Source: an uncultured Fibrobacterota bacterium
Lineage (GTDB): Bacteria; Fibrobacterota; Chitinivibrionia; Chitinivibrionales; FEN-1185
Reading direction: 5' to 3'
Length of the DNA: 64,000 nt
Assembly: GCA_963753345.1 (NCBI GenBank)
Contig: CAVWBU010000026.1
Coordinates: 64,001 to 128,000 of the forward strand
Part shown: piece after piece, positions 63,091 through 64,000 of the stretch
Numbering within the stretch: the stretch's first letter is position 1
How the letters are laid out: the number at the start of each line of letters is the position of its first letter
Notes under the pieces: generated by a model
Seen by the model: only the letters and a program-made list of their open reading frames with translations
The model's database searches: none
Told to the model about the DNA's origin: nothing
Position numbers and translations under genes: made by a program

Positions 63091-63207
63091 TGGCCCGAGG
63101 CGAAAGCCGACGACCCTTGGAAGCACCCGAAGGGGTGGACCGGAGCGAGGGCCGACCCTGTTTTAGGGGCGAAAAATTTTTCGCCCCTAAAACAGGGGAA
63201 CGCCCAA
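63091..63207. repeat. Composite repeat: family C + module A + perfect 42-bp REP-like palindrome
   Basis: ACGACCCTTGGAAG at 63110-63123; CCCTGTTTTAGGGGCGAAAAA|TTTTTCGCCCCTAAAACAGGG at 63156-63197. Confidence 0.8.
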
Positions 63208-63247
63208 GTTATCTTCTTGAATTATTTGATGAAAAAAAATGAAGGAA

Positions 63248-64000
63248 TTAGACGCGGTACACCTTCAGCCGCTGGCTCCTTGACGAATGCTTGAGCCTCC
63301 GCAGCGCTTTTTCCTTTATCTGCCGCGCGCGTTCGCGGGTGAGGTTGAACCGCTGGCCTATCTCCTCGAGCGTGTGGGCGGTCTCCTCGCCGATGCCGAA
63401 GTAGAGCTTGATGACCTCTTTTTCGCGGCAGGTGAGCGTATCGAGGGTCTGATTGATTTCCTCGTGGAGCGAAATCTCCATGACGCCGTCGTCGGGCAGT
63501 TCCTGGTCCTCGTCCTGGAGCAGGTCGAGGAGTTTGGAGTCTTCGCCCTGCTGCAGCGGGGCGTCGAGCGACATATGGGAATTGCCTATCTTGATGGTTT
63601 CCTGGACTTCTTCTTCGTCAAGCTTTAGCTCGCGCGCGATTTCCTCGATGTTCGGGATGCGGCGGTATTTCTGTTCGAGCTTGCTCTGCGCCTTGCCGAT
63701 TTTGTGGATGGTGCCCACGCGGTTGAGCGGCAGCTTGATGATGCGCGACTGCTCGGCCAGCGCCTGGAGGATGGCCTGGCGGATCCACCACACCGCGTAG
63801 GAAATGAACTTGAAGTTCTTTTTCTCGTCGAAGCGCCGGGCGGCGCGGATGAGGCCGAGGTTTCCCTCGTTGATAAGATCGGAAAGCGGCAGCCCCTGGT
63901 TCTGGTAGTTGCGCGCGACCGACACCACGAACCTGAGGTTGGCCTTCACCAGTTTTTCTAGGGCCTTCCGGTCGCCCTTGCGGATGCGCACCGCGGTCTG
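63248..64000 (-). CDS. rpoD: RNA polymerase sigma factor, RpoD/SigA family; N-terminus lies beyond the right edge
   Basis: [49 protein letters not shown]. Confidence 0.92.
   Translation of the reverse strand, partial: QTAVRIRKGDRKALEKLVKANLRFVVSVARNYQNQGLPLSDLINEGNLGLIRAARRFDEKKNFKFISYAVWWIRQAILQALAEQSRIIKLPLNRVGTIHKIGKAQSKLEQKYRRIPNIEEIARELKLDEEEVQETIKIGNSHMSLDAPLQQGEDSKLLDLLQDEDQELPDDGVMEISLHEEINQTLDTLTCREKEVIKLYFGIGEETAHTLEEIGQRFNLTRERARQIKEKALRRLKHSSRSQRLKVYRV

Overview
GC-rich bacterial chromosome segment. Gene content (T9SS-like C-terminal domains, short Bacteroidota/Fibrobacterota-type RpoD, glucan-active enzymes) suggests an FCB-group organism, probably Fibrobacterota/Chitinivibrionia-like; this is an inference. 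The housekeeping backbone is recG, mfd-PPIase-surA-methyltransferase-ftsE, recF-dciA-gyrB-surE-gyrA, greA, hemW, nrdJ with two NrdR boxes, prfB with its programmed +1 frameshift, nif3 and rpoD. Accessory material: (1) an AT-richer islet after tRNA-Lys with a bacterial thaumatin-like protein facing a GH64 beta-1,3-glucanase, other secreted proteins (one with a Cys-Gly/hydrophobic/basic C-terminal tail) and two PIN-type toxin-antitoxin pairs; (2) an ECF sigma / zinc-binding anti-sigma / exported caspase-barrel / lipoprotein operon, next to a protease-inhibitor gene that looks like an orphan integron cassette; (3) a cluster of YtfJ, two signal-peptide-less and apparently catalytically degenerate CAZyme homologues, and STAS; (4) several families of modular, nested palindromic intergenic repeats, including a four-hairpin structure in the greA leader. 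Several genes are split by single extra bases, most likely assembly errors. No CRISPR array, rRNA, integrase or transposase was seen. All family calls come from motif reading, not database searches.
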